Source: Solimonas sp.
Lineage (GTDB): Bacteria; Pseudomonadota; Gammaproteobacteria; Nevskiales; Nevskiaceae
Assembly: GCA_035476855.1 (NCBI GenBank)
Contig: DATILC010000168.1
Coordinates: 4,644-68,643 of the forward strand
Direction of reading: 5' to 3'
DNA length: 64,000 bases
The notes below the pieces were generated by a model that was given only the letters and a program-made list of their open reading frames with translations, made no database searches and was not told the DNA's origin. This document shows, piece after piece, positions 24,311-34,437 of the stretch. The translations under genes and the position numbers were made by a program. Numbering within the stretch: the stretch's first letter is position 1; every line of letters starts with the position of its first letter.

Positions 24311-26218
24311 GTGATTGAATTGCCAATAGAGTTCGAGTTGCCTGCGCCATGGACGGGGAAAAAGAACTTCAAAGCATCAGCCGTCGCGCCTGTCAATTTC
24401 CTTGTCGGCCCCAATGGGAGCGGAAAGTCGCGCTTCGCCAAGGAGCTTAAGAGTCGGCTCCCGACTAGGGGCAATGGTGCGAGATTGCTGAATACGGACA
24501 GACTCGAAGGGATGGAGAGCACCAAGGCTTTCCGAAATAGCTTCGGCGACCGTTTTGGAAATGGCTTCGACAAGACACACTTCGAAATTTTTAAGAATGC
24601 AGGCACCCAAGAAGGCTCGGGTCTCGACGCTTTCATACTTCTCGAGGAGCGGCTAGACCTAAGAATTCAGGTCGAAGCCACGCTGAGCAATCTCTTCAAT
24701 CGAAGGATCTCACTCGAGTGGGATTCGGGACGGCTGAAGGCGATGGCTGCAATTGGAACGAGTGGCGCGTCATACCGGCTCGATCGGGACGAGTGTCATG
24801 GCATCAAGGAGCTGCTGGTCTTACTCACGCACCTTTACAACAACGAGCATCCGTACCTCATCATCGACGAGCCGGAGCTCAACCTTCATCCTCAATACCA
24901 AGCCTTCTTGATGCAGGAGGTCAGGCGTCTAGCCGGGAACCCGGCCACCGACCCGAGCAAGAAGCTCATCTTCTTGATTACACACTCGCCCTTCATTCTC
25001 GACTTCGCCACTGTCGAAGATGTGAAGGCAGTCATCTCATTCGACCTGAAGCACGAAGTCCCAAGGCAGCTATTGGACCTCAGTGCAGAGGAGTCTGGTC
25101 GTCTTGCGCGGCTGGTTCCGCGATTGAACGTGCACCACAAACAGCTCTTCTTCTCGGACAATCCTGTCTTCGTCGAGGGAATCCTCGATGCCCAGATGGT
25201 TGCGACTGTGCAGTCCGCACGCGGAGTTTCGATGGCCGCAGCAGGAAGTTGCGTCATCGACGCCGGCGGCAACGAGGAAGTCAATCAGTATCTGGATTTG
25301 TGCTCCCACCTGGGGAAGAGAGCCTTCTTTCTGTACGACTTGGACAGCTTGTTCCGGGGCAATCTCAGGGCGCGTATTAGAGGCGATGCAGGCGTCAAGG
25401 CGGCGCTTACGGCGTCAGGGTTGGGGGCTGACTTTGGAACCTACTGTGGCGCCCTCGAGAGCAAACTCACCGTAATAGCGGATCAGCTATTAGGAATCGC
25501 TATACCTCCTGCAGCGTTGTCGGAGCTGATCGCATTTCTTACTTCTTTGGGCATACGGAAGGAGTGGACTCCCGACAAGCATCCGAAGGCACGCGTAGCA
25601 ATCCTCACCGCATTGAGCCGGTTCCGAGCGGATTTGGTCGCGGCAACGTCTGCGGGCGACGTCGATGATATCGAAGGGCGCTTAAGAAGGATTTGCGACG
25701 TTCTGCGCGGGCAGAATGTACTCCTCCTGCCGGGTGGGACCCTTGAGAGATACCTGCCGAGCTACACCGGAAATCCTTACAAAATTGATGACGAGGCGAA
25801 GTCGGCTGCCGTCGTCGCCGAGATCACCTGGCTCGCTGGGCAACATGAACAAGCTGCACTGAAAGCGCGCTATGGCGATCTGTATGAATCCATCGAGGCG
25901 CTGCCCTCAAAACCGCCGGTCGATATGGACAGCGTATTGATCGAGTATCTCAGCGCATTCATTCATGCCCTACAGGGTGCGGTAGTTGCTAATTCGGACT
26001 GGAAGCACGAAGAGCTCGGTAAGTATCTTGAGATCAAACAACCCGCCTCAGCGAAGGTCTTTTCCGTAGCATCTCTGGTCAGAAACGCACCCGATAAATT
26101 CCGCTGTGCCGTTGAGGTGATGCCTATGTTGGGCCAGGGGCTCCGACACGTCATTGTCACGGAGGCGACCAACGCGGGAATGCGCAACTTCTTGATCGGT
26201 ACCGGCAAGCCAGCGTAG
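24311..26218 (+). CDS. OLD-family-like ABC/AAA ATPase + TOPRIM protein
   Basis: GPNGSGKS Walker A, IIDEPELNLHP Walker B/D-loop, ITHS switch, VFVEG and YDLD TOPRIM acidic motifs; visibly lower GC than the flanks. Confidence 0.75.
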   Translation: MIELPIEFELPAPWTGKKNFKASAVAPVNFLVGPNGSGKSRFAKELKSRLPTRGNGARLLNTDRLEGMESTKAFRNSFGDRFGNGFDKTHFEIFKNAGTQEGSGLDAFILLEERLDLRIQVEATLSNLFNRRISLEWDSGRLKAMAAIGTSGASYRLDRDECHGIKELLVLLTHLYNNEHPYLIIDEPELNLHPQYQAFLMQEVRRLAGNPATDPSKKLIFLITHSPFILDFATVEDVKAVISFDLKHEVPRQLLDLSAEESGRLARLVPRLNVHHKQLFFSDNPVFVEGILDAQMVATVQSARGVSMAAAGSCVIDAGGNEEVNQYLDLCSHLGKRAFFLYDLDSLFRGNLRARIRGDAGVKAALTASGLGADFGTYCGALESKLTVIADQLLGIAIPPAALSELIAFLTSLGIRKEWTPDKHPKARVAILTALSRFRADLVAATSAGDVDDIEGRLRRICDVLRGQNVLLLPGGTLERYLPSYTGNPYKIDDEAKSAAVVAEITWLAGQHEQAALKARYGDLYESIEALPSKPPVDMDSVLIEYLSAFIHALQGAVVANSDWKHEELGKYLEIKQPASAKVFSVASLVRNAPDKFRCAVEVMPMLGQGLRHVIVTEATNAGMRNFLIGTGKPA

Positions 26219-26408
26219 TCAACGTCACGCGCAAAGCACGGCCGATACCGCGAGGTCGCCACAATGAATCCCTCTAGCGCGGGCACGCCACTACACCAGC
26301 TTGAATGACCTCTTCGGGCCACGAGAGCAAGATGTCACCACCGTCAGCTTTGGGCTGATAGCACTCGGCAATCAAATCCAGCGTTGGGGTACACGGACGC
26401 ACCCCATC

Positions 26409-27188
26409 CTACCGGCCGCCCTTCCGCACAGCGACAGCCGCCGCATGCTTCTGCATGCTTTGCACCGTCTCCTCGCTCTCGAAAATGGCGAGCCCGCGAT
26501 TGCGTTGTTCCGCCGTTTCGTCCAGCACGCGCTGGACATAGGGCGCGATCAGTTGGGCTTTGACATGCGCGTAGCCTGCCTGCGGCCTGGCGCCCAGGCT
26601 TGCGGCACGCGTGACCGCGGCCGCCAGCAGCTGGTCTGCATCCGCGTGGCTGGCGTGAAAGCTGCCATTGCGCAGGCCTGCACGCCAATCGAACAGTTCG
26701 GCGCTCTGGATCGCGTAGGCCAGGTCCCGTTGCAGCGCCCAGCGTCCGATTTCGACGGCGATGGACGGAAAGCCGGCACCAAACTGCAGTTCGTTGATGC
26801 CGTACTGGCCCGCCCCTTCGACGACATGGCGGAAATCGCAGGCCACGGCGACGAAGAAGCCGGCGGCAATCGCGTGGCCGGTGACCGCGGCCACAGTCGG
26901 CTTGGGGCAGCGCCAGACATCGAGGAAGCACTGCTGCATTGCGTCGGAGAAAGCCTGCGTCTGGCCAGCGTCCCTGGCGGCGAACAAGGCCTCGAAGTCC
27001 AGACCCGCGCTGAAGACGGCGCCGGCGCCACGGATGACGATGGCACGGACGGCACCGTCCGCTGCTGCCGCGTTCATCGCCTGCGACAAGGCCTGCATCA
27101 GTTCGACATTGAACGCATGCATGCGGGGACGATTGAGGGTGAGCAGGCGCACGCCGCCGGCAAGGTTCTCGGTCAGCAGCACGGACAT
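26409..27188 (-). CDS. Enoyl-CoA hydratase/isomerase (crotonase) family protein
   Basis: LTLNRP, FSAGLD, AAVTGHAIAAG, GINE; start at MSVLL. Confidence 0.88.
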   Translation of the reverse strand: MSVLLTENLAGGVRLLTLNRPRMHAFNVELMQALSQAMNAAAADGAVRAIVIRGAGAVFSAGLDFEALFAARDAGQTQAFSDAMQQCFLDVWRCPKPTVAAVTGHAIAAGFFVAVACDFRHVVEGAGQYGINELQFGAGFPSIAVEIGRWALQRDLAYAIQSAELFDWRAGLRNGSFHASHADADQLLAAAVTRAASLGARPQAGYAHVKAQLIAPYVQRVLDETAEQRNRGLAIFESEETVQSMQKHAAAVAVRKGGR

Positions 27189-27222
27189 GCAGGGCTCTCG
27201 ATCAGGCTTGTTTGACCAGGCT

Positions 27223-28386
27223 TCAGGCCGCGGACCGCTCGGCCAGCCAGTCCGCGCTCTGCGCCCACACCGCGCTTTGCGCCTTGCTGCCAAGGATCAC
27301 GCCCATGTGTCCGCCGGGCGCGACGTGGAACTCCTTGTCGGTGGAAGCAACGATCTCGACGAGCTTCTGCGCGATCGGCGGCGGCACCAGGATGTCCTTC
27401 TCGCCGGCGAACACCAGCAGCGACGAGCGGATCCGATCCAGCTCCGCGAGCCGGTCGCCGAGTTCGATCCTGCCGCTGGCCAGCTTGTTGTCGACGGCAA
27501 CCTTCACCAGCATGTCCTGGATCACCCCGGCCGGGTACATCAGCATGTGGTTGAGATAATCCGCCGTGGTGGAGTGCGACTCGACGAAGGCGCGGTCCGA
27601 CATGCCGGCGACCAGGTCCCAGTAGGTGGTGACGCTGCCGACCGGATCGGTCAGCTTGAACGCCAGCGTGGTGAACCAGGCCGGCATCTGCATCTTCAGC
27701 GGATCCAGCATGTCCATGCGCAGGTTGCTGTACCTGCGGATCAGTTGGGCCGGTCCGTTCAGTGCCTGGGCCGCACCGGCGACGATGCCGCCGCCGCGCA
27801 TGTCGATCGGGCTGGCGACGGTGACGATGTTGCGAACGTGCGGATCGTGATTGAGGCCCTGGTACAGCAGGCTCAGCAGGCCGCCCATGCACCAGCCCAT
27901 CAGGGCGACATCCTGGCTGCCGGAGTGCTTGCGGATTTTCGCCAGCGCGGTGCCGAGCATCACGTCGGCATAGTCGCGCAGGCGCAGATGGGCGTGTTCC
28001 CGCGTCGGCCGGCCCCAGTCGACCAGGTAGGTCTTGAAGCCGCGCGCCGCCATGTAGCGCACCAGGCTGCGCTGCGGCATCAGGTCGAAAGTCTCGGTGG
28101 TCACGCCCAGCGGCGGCACCAGCACCAGCGGCACGGCGTGCTGCTCGCGCTGGATCGGCATGCGGCTGCCATCCACCAGTTCGATGTCGTTCTCCTCCGG
28201 CAGGCCGTAGTAGCGCACCGCCATCGGGTCACCGTCGTGCACCAGCTCGAACCAGGTGCGGCCGGACTTGACCAGCTTGTCGCGGCGGAACATCCAGTCG
28301 AAGCCGTTGCCCAGAACCTGTGCCGCACGCTGGTTCAGCGCCAGCCCCTGCCCGCGCAGCTTGCCGATCAGTTCGTTGTTGCTCAT
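27223..28386 (-). CDS. PhaC class III-like alpha/beta hydrolase
   Basis: PLVLVPPL, YLVDWG, GWCMGG (Cys nucleophile), ASPID, AGEKDILVP, GGHMG. Confidence 0.8.
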   Translation of the reverse strand: MSNNELIGKLRGQGLALNQRAAQVLGNGFDWMFRRDKLVKSGRTWFELVHDGDPMAVRYYGLPEENDIELVDGSRMPIQREQHAVPLVLVPPLGVTTETFDLMPQRSLVRYMAARGFKTYLVDWGRPTREHAHLRLRDYADVMLGTALAKIRKHSGSQDVALMGWCMGGLLSLLYQGLNHDPHVRNIVTVASPIDMRGGGIVAGAAQALNGPAQLIRRYSNLRMDMLDPLKMQMPAWFTTLAFKLTDPVGSVTTYWDLVAGMSDRAFVESHSTTADYLNHMLMYPAGVIQDMLVKVAVDNKLASGRIELGDRLAELDRIRSSLLVFAGEKDILVPPPIAQKLVEIVASTDKEFHVAPGGHMGVILGSKAQSAVWAQSADWLAERSAA

Positions 28387-29768
28387 GGCAGGGCTCCGGC
28401 AGCCAGCGATTCTTCGAGGTCGTCCAGCGCCTGGCCGGTGTACACCGCCATGCGCTGCAGGCTCGGCAAGGTCTCGCGCGCACCGCAGTAGCCGATGTTC
28501 AGCGTATCGGCATAGTGCAGGCAGGTGATGCTCAGCGCCGTACCCTGGGTCAGCGGGAACATCGGGTACAGCGCCTCCAGCCGCGCGCCTTCGCAGTACA
28601 GCGGCTGTTCGGGGCCGGGCTGGTCGGCGATGACCAGGTTGCACATCGCCGGCGCCAGGCGGCCCATGCCGCTGAGCTGGCCCAGCAGATACGGTGCCGC
28701 AGTCGCCAGGGTGTACAGCGGCAGCAGCGTCTCCGGTACCGCGTCGAGGTGTTCGCGCGAAGCCTGGGTGGAGCGCTGGATCGCGGCGAGCCGCTTGTGC
28801 GGATCGGCAAACTGCGTGCCCAGGCTGACGTAGCCGATCGAGCCGTAGGGCGTCTCCGCATCCGGGTTGCCCTTGTGCAGGCCCGGCACGGCGGCGACGA
28901 AGGAGCGCTCCGGCAGCGCGTTGTACTCCTTGAAGAAGCGCCGCAGCGCGGTGCCGCAGAGATACAGCACCAGGTCATCCAGCTCTGCCCCGCAGGCGGC
29001 GGCGATGCGCTGCAGCCGTGCCCGCGGATATTGCTGGGTGGCGAAGCGCCGCTGCGCATCGATACGCACGTTCATCACCGAATGCGGCGCGCTGTACGGC
29101 GCACTCAGGTCGCCACCGGGCGTCGAGCCGCCGCGCAGCAGGCGCCACATGGCGCTGCCGAATGCCTGCGCCGAGGCGCCGGCCTCGCCGCGGCGGACGA
29201 AGCTGCGCAGGCTCTCCTGCAGCTGCGCGCCGGCCTGCCCGCGCTCGGACGGTGGCGCCGCCAGCGTCCACGGCGCCGGCGTGTTGCGGCGCTTCGGATC
29301 GGGCGACAGCCAGGCGGTCAGCATGCGCAGGAAGCCGGTGACGTCGGTCAGCGCGTGGTGCATCTTGACGTACAGCGCGAAGCGGCCGTCGTGCAGGCCC
29401 TCGATCAGATGACATTCCCAGGGCGGGCGGCTCAGGTCCAGGGGGTGGCTGTGCAGGCGCGACACCAGGATGCCCAGCTCGCGCTCGCCGCCGGGCGCCG
29501 GCAGCGCGGACTGGCGTACGTGAAAGTCCATGTCCGCCTGCGAATCTTCCTCCCAGCAGGGTGCTCGCAAGCGGCGGCGGTTGAGCGTCCGGTTCCACGG
29601 CGCGGCGGTGTCGGGCGCGGCGCGCAGGCTGTCGGCCAGGCGCACCACATGGTCGGCGCGCGCGCCCTTGGGCAGCTGGAAGATCAGCAGCGCGCCGAGG
29701 TGCATCGGCGTCGCCACCGAGTCCAGCATCAGCCAGCTGCGCTCCAACGGATTCAGGGGATGGCTCAT
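28383..29768 (-). CDS. Wax ester synthase/DGAT family O-acyltransferase
   Basis: PMHLG, PLDLSRPPWECHLIEGL, KMHHALTD, CNLVIADQPGP; stop overlaps the next ATG. Confidence 0.88.
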   Translation of the reverse strand: MSHPLNPLERSWLMLDSVATPMHLGALLIFQLPKGARADHVVRLADSLRAAPDTAAPWNRTLNRRRLRAPCWEEDSQADMDFHVRQSALPAPGGERELGILVSRLHSHPLDLSRPPWECHLIEGLHDGRFALYVKMHHALTDVTGFLRMLTAWLSPDPKRRNTPAPWTLAAPPSERGQAGAQLQESLRSFVRRGEAGASAQAFGSAMWRLLRGGSTPGGDLSAPYSAPHSVMNVRIDAQRRFATQQYPRARLQRIAAACGAELDDLVLYLCGTALRRFFKEYNALPERSFVAAVPGLHKGNPDAETPYGSIGYVSLGTQFADPHKRLAAIQRSTQASREHLDAVPETLLPLYTLATAAPYLLGQLSGMGRLAPAMCNLVIADQPGPEQPLYCEGARLEALYPMFPLTQGTALSITCLHYADTLNIGYCGARETLPSLQRMAVYTGQALDDLEESLAAGALP

Positions 29769-30148
29769 GCGGCTTTACTCATGGGGCAGACCTCTTGGCG
29801 GGCTCCGGCATTCTGCACCTCCGCGGGAATCATCGCCGCCCCCTGGGCCATGCCGGCAGCCGCAGCGGGTCGGGCCCGGCAGTCCGGATTCCGTCCGCTC
29901 AGATGCCATCGGATGAACCGACCTGCCCGCGGCATCGATCGTTAGGCGTGATCGATTTCGGTTAGCGCACCATTTCTGGCACCTCTGCGCCAGTCCTGAC
30001 CGACGCAATTCAGTCCGCAATCGCTCCTTCCTGCGATCCGGGGCCTCAGAACTTGCGCGTTCTGGGGGACAGCCGACGCCGGAAAAAGCCACCGGTCGAG
30101 ATTCCGGCAGCAAGCCGGAGAGCGGATCGATGACCCGCCCTCCGGTAT

Positions 30149-31399
30149 TCAGATGGCCACTGTCGGCGCCGTTGTCACTGCTGCCGGCTGCGCTGCGCGA
30201 ACCGCGCAGATCAGCGGCACCAGCAACAGGCCGAACACCAGTATTGCCACGCCGGCCAGCATCACGAAGGTCGGCTGCAGGCCCCAGCCATCCACGGCCG
30301 CACCCACCAGCGGCGCAGTCACCATGTAGGCGGCGCGAAAGCCCAGGTGTGCGAACGAGTTCGCCGTGGCCCGGTAGCGTCCCGGCACGCGCCGGTTGAA
30401 GGCATCCCGCAACACCACCAGCCCCAGGCCGCGGGCAGCGAAGAACAGCAGGCTCGCCACCAGTCCGCCGACCAGTCCCAGCCCGGCGAGGCCCAGGTAG
30501 CCCAGCACCGGCAGCAGGCCAATGACCGCCAGCAGCGCGGTCACGCCCCAGCGGCGCTCCAGGCTCAATGCCAGGCGTCCCGACAGCGACGCCACCAGGG
30601 CCAGCGCACCCCACAGGTAACCGAAGGCCTGCAGATCGATGCCCTGCGCCTGCCAGTGCGGCTGCAGCAGCCAGACCGCATAGAACGGGCCCAGGCTCCA
30701 GATGCACAAGGCCAGCAGCGTGTGCCGCAGCACACGGCTGCTGCCCAGCAGGTGCGTGACGATCTCGCGCAGGTTGCCGGCATGGCTGCTGCGCGAGAGC
30801 CGTTCGCCCGGCGGCTCGTGCAGGCCCAGTGCGAACAGCAGCGGCAGCATGCTCACGGCGGCCTGTACCCAGGCCACGGCGTCGAGCGAATACGCCAGCA
30901 GCACCAGGCTGCAGACGATGCCGGCCAGCGCCTCGCCCGAGGTGTGCAGCACGAACATGCGTCGCACGACCTTCTCCGGATGGCTGTCGTTGCCGGCCAG
31001 CGCCTGCTCGGTGTCGTAGAGCAGCGCGAGGTCTGCACCTGACACCAGGCTCACGCCCACGGCCAGCAGCAGCTCGCACAGCGACAACTGCAGGAACCCA
31101 TGCGAGAACACGAAGCCGGCATGCCCCACGGCCATGAACAGCGCGCCGAGCTGCAGCGCCCGCACGCGGCCGAAGACATCGGCGATGTAGCCCGACGGCA
31201 CTTCCATCAGCAACACGAATCCGGCGAACACGGCCTGCAGCAGCAGGACCTCGCTGACGTCCAGGCCTCGCTCGCCGAGGAAGGGCACGAGCACCGGAAT
31301 GATCACCAGGAACACCTGGAAGAAGCCCAGCCCGGCCACGCAGCTCACATTGCGCCGCAGGCGCCGGTGCAACAACTGCTGTTCATCATTTGCCACCAT
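30149..31399 (-). CDS. MFS transporter (efflux-type)
   Basis: About 12 hydrophobic segments; EVPSGYIADVFGR motif A; SGADLALLYD. Confidence 0.88.
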   Translation of the reverse strand: MVANDEQQLLHRRLRRNVSCVAGLGFFQVFLVIIPVLVPFLGERGLDVSEVLLLQAVFAGFVLLMEVPSGYIADVFGRVRALQLGALFMAVGHAGFVFSHGFLQLSLCELLLAVGVSLVSGADLALLYDTEQALAGNDSHPEKVVRRMFVLHTSGEALAGIVCSLVLLAYSLDAVAWVQAAVSMLPLLFALGLHEPPGERLSRSSHAGNLREIVTHLLGSSRVLRHTLLALCIWSLGPFYAVWLLQPHWQAQGIDLQAFGYLWGALALVASLSGRLALSLERRWGVTALLAVIGLLPVLGYLGLAGLGLVGGLVASLLFFAARGLGLVVLRDAFNRRVPGRYRATANSFAHLGFRAAYMVTAPLVGAAVDGWGLQPTFVMLAGVAILVFGLLLVPLICAVRAAQPAAVTTAPTVAI

Positions 31400-31425
31400 G
31401 ACACCGCTCTCAAAAACAACCGCAC

Positions 31426-31461
31426 AAAGAAAAACCCCGGAGGCTTGCGCGCTCCGGGGTT
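31426..31461 (-). terminator. Attenuator terminator in the MFS leader
   Basis: Minus strand AACCCCGGAG-CGCGCAAGC-CTCCGGGGTT then TTTCTTT, about 27 nt before the MFS ATG. Confidence 0.8.
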
Positions 31462-31491
31462 GGTTGGACTGCAGATCCGTGATCTAGAAAA

Positions 31492-31566
31492 TCATCGGAA
31501 AACCCCCGGAGTGGCGCGCACAAACGCAATAGAACCCAGCGCCTGCGTAAGCAGGGCCGGGGTCAT
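31492..31566 (-). CDS. Putative 24-aa leader peptide MTPALLTQALGSIAFVRATPGVFR
   Basis: Its 3' codons contain CTCCGGGGGTT, complementary to the terminator 5' arm; RBS is weak. Confidence 0.55.
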   Translation of the reverse strand: MTPALLTQALGSIAFVRATPGVFR

Positions 31567-31690
31567 ACCGCGATGGTGTTTGGCGCAACGGTTCACGGGG
31601 TGTACCTGATTTGAGGCGCGAATCCTGCGCCCGCTCTCCGGGGCTTGTCAACGCCGGCCGGTGCGGGGCGTCGTGCAGGACGACGCTGCA

Positions 31691-32434
31691 TCAGCGTGCA
31701 CCGTAGCCACCATCCACCGCCAGCATGTGCCCGTGCACAAAACTGGCCGATTCCGAGCAAAGCCAGACCACTGCCTTGGCAACCTCCTGCGCCGAACCAG
31801 CCCGGTTGATCGGTGCGCCAGCGATGAAGGCCCTGGGATCGGGGCTGCGCGCCAGTATCTGCAGGCCCATGCCTGCCTCGATCAGACCCGGACAGACTGC
31901 GTTGATCCGGACGTTGCGCTCGGCATAGGACATCGCCGCCGACTTGGTCAGGCCGCAGATGCCGTGCTTGGTCGCGGTGTAAGGCGTGTTGATCCCGCCA
32001 CCTACGCCGAAGATGGAGGAGTTGTTGACGATGCAGCCGCCGCCCTGCTCCAGCATGGCCAGGATTTCATACTTCATGCACAGGAATGTGCCGGTCAGAT
32101 TGGTGCTGAGCACGCGTGCCCAGTCATCTTCGCAAACCTCGGCCAGCGGAACGCGCTTTGCCGACACGCCTGCGTTGTTGAATGCGGCATCGATGCGGCC
32201 GAAACGCCTGCGCACATCGCCAATCATCTCGTGGACCTGCTCCCGGCAGGCAATATCGACGATATAGGCCTGCGCCTCGCCGCCAGCCTTGCGCACCTCC
32301 GTCGTGGTCTGCTCGGCGGCTTCGGCGTTGCTGTCGCAGACAGCGACGCGATAGCCCGCCCTGGCGAACTCCAGGCAGGCCGCCCGGCCGATTCCTCCGC
32401 CGCCGCCAGTGACCAGTGCCGCGAGCGCTGACAT
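31691..32434 (-). CDS. Short-chain dehydrogenase/reductase
   Basis: TGGGGGIG, NNAG, YTATK, NAVCPG. Confidence 0.9.
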   Translation of the reverse strand: MSALAALVTGGGGGIGRAACLEFARAGYRVAVCDSNAEAAEQTTTEVRKAGGEAQAYIVDIACREQVHEMIGDVRRRFGRIDAAFNNAGVSAKRVPLAEVCEDDWARVLSTNLTGTFLCMKYEILAMLEQGGGCIVNNSSIFGVGGGINTPYTATKHGICGLTKSAAMSYAERNVRINAVCPGLIEAGMGLQILARSPDPRAFIAGAPINRAGSAQEVAKAVVWLCSESASFVHGHMLAVDGGYGAR

Positions 32435-32515
32435 GCTGATTCTTCTCCCTGCTTGAACTGCCACAGCTGATTCCAGAGGCGCGAGTGGTGCGCCGGCCAG
32501 CCTGAAGCGGTGCGG

Positions 32516-34180
32516 TCAGCCGATGCGATCGAAACGCAGGTTTCGGACGCGATCCATGCTGATCCAGAACCCGGTGACCTTGCCGTCCTTGCGATCGACC
32601 ACGAGCGAGGCGAAGGTCGGCAGCGGCTGTGCCGGGATACTGTGGAAAGTGCCGCAACCGAGAACGTCGGCGGACAGCGGCTCCAGCTCCCAGCGCGCCA
32701 TGCCCACCTCCGGCAGGAAGTCGACGAACAGCTTGCCCTCCCTGAGCACGATCTCCAGCTCCGCCCCGAACCCGGCAAGGCGGTAACGCCCGGCCAGTGC
32801 GGGCGCCAGCTCCTCCACCGTCGGCGGTGTGTCCGGGAGGCGCTCGAAGCACTCCCGTTCGCCGGCGATATGCACCTCCAGCATGGCGGGCGGTGTGCTG
32901 CTGTCCGGCAGTGTGCGGATCTCGATCCGGCTCATGGGCCCGTCAGGCAGGGCCAGGCCGTCACCCGCCTTCTGCAGGAGGCCCGCTGGTGCGTTGTAGA
33001 TGGACAGCAGTAACTCCGGGGCTCCGGTCGGAGTCTGCCGGGTCGTGATCGACAGCGGCGTGCGGGACTGCCGGCTGTACCAGCGACCCAGGACCGACGG
33101 GAAGTCCGCAGCCGGGGCCGGCTTTGCCGGAGGCGTCAGGCCTTCGCCTTCGAGCACGGCATCGACCACCTTGAAGGCAAGCGCTGGCGCGGACGCGTCC
33201 ATGCGGTTGGCCATGATCACGATGTCCAGCTCATGTTCCGGCACCGTCAGCATCTGGCATTGCGAGCCGAACGTGGCGCCGGCATGGTGAATCGCCTCGA
33301 TGCCGCGATAGCTGTCGCGCGCGATGCCCAGGCAATAGCCGGCCTGCAGGCCGCTGCGATAGGTCTGGCACTCGAGCATCCGCGTCCAGGTTGCGTCGCT
33401 GCCCAGCTTCTTATGCGGCCCGCGCAGGTGCGCGACCCAGGCCAGCATGTCGTCGATCGTGGAAATCATGCCGCCCGAACCCAGCACTTCGTCGGTCGGA
33501 TAGATGCCGCGGCGCCAACGGCCGTCGGGCAGGGGCATGTGCAGCGTCGCCATGTTCGGCACGATGTCCATGTCGCTGCGCAGCAGTGCGGTGTCGTTCA
33601 TGCCCAGGGGTGCGAAAACACGCCGGGCCATGAACTCCTCCCAGCTCAGACCCGAGACGCGCTCCGTGACCAGGGTCAGCAGGAGATAGCCTGCGTTGCT
33701 GTAGGCCATGCGCGTACCCGGCGCGAAGTTGAGATCGGTGAAGCGCGCCAGGAGCTGCAGCCCTCCCCCTGCCGGCATGTGGCCATAGTTGCCGCGGTTC
33801 AGGAAAAAGGCCGCGAACATCGGATCGCGCAGGCCACCGGTGTGATGCATGAGTTGCAGCAGGGTGGGCTCGCCGGAGATGTTGGTCAGCTCCGGCAGGT
33901 AACTTCGCACCGGCTGGCTGATGTCGAGCTTGCCCTCTTCAGCCAGCAGCATGATGCCGAAACTGCAGAAGTGCTTGGTGGTGGAGCCGATGCGCATGCG
34001 AGTGGCCGGCGTATTGGCCGTGGCATGCTCGATGCTCGACAGCCCGAAGCCGCGGCGATAGATCACCTTGCCCCGATGCGACAGGCCCACGACGAGGCCC
34101 GGTGCGTCACCGCGGTTCCACGGCTTGAACAGCTCATCAAGCTTCTGGATCGTGGTGAGTGCAGCTGCAGTGGTGGTCAT
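32516..34180 (-). CDS. Beta-lactamase-family serine hydrolase 1 (D-aminopeptidase/MlrB-like)
   Basis: GSTTK (SxxK), YSN, HAG, LMHHTGGLRD; long C-terminal extension; no signal peptide. Confidence 0.85.
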   Translation of the reverse strand: MTTTAAALTTIQKLDELFKPWNRGDAPGLVVGLSHRGKVIYRRGFGLSSIEHATANTPATRMRIGSTTKHFCSFGIMLLAEEGKLDISQPVRSYLPELTNISGEPTLLQLMHHTGGLRDPMFAAFFLNRGNYGHMPAGGGLQLLARFTDLNFAPGTRMAYSNAGYLLLTLVTERVSGLSWEEFMARRVFAPLGMNDTALLRSDMDIVPNMATLHMPLPDGRWRRGIYPTDEVLGSGGMISTIDDMLAWVAHLRGPHKKLGSDATWTRMLECQTYRSGLQAGYCLGIARDSYRGIEAIHHAGATFGSQCQMLTVPEHELDIVIMANRMDASAPALAFKVVDAVLEGEGLTPPAKPAPAADFPSVLGRWYSRQSRTPLSITTRQTPTGAPELLLSIYNAPAGLLQKAGDGLALPDGPMSRIEIRTLPDSSTPPAMLEVHIAGERECFERLPDTPPTVEELAPALAGRYRLAGFGAELEIVLREGKLFVDFLPEVGMARWELEPLSADVLGCGTFHSIPAQPLPTFASLVVDRKDGKVTGFWISMDRVRNLRFDRIG

Positions 34181-34437
34181 CGGCGAACGGTTCTCTTGGC
34201 GGCGCGCATGGCTGTCAGTGCGATCGAGTGTGCGTTGCCGCCGGATTTGCGGGCATCCATGAAAACACCGGATTCAGCCGGAGGCGGCTCGACGGGATGC
34301 GCCCCGCCCCATCCGTGGAACGACCGGCAGCTACCCGCCAGCACCTGATGCGGGAGAGTCAAACCCGGTGATTTTGCTGATAGGCGGTGCTGGACCTTGT
34401 TGGTCTACTACGTTCACGAATCCCACGGGCTCATTCC

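Noticed and set aside
26341-26366. GTCAGCTTTGGGCTGATAGC mini-hairpin after the OLD-like gene, as a cassette boundary
   Set aside because: Only a 5-bp stem and no convincing partner site at the other side of the gene
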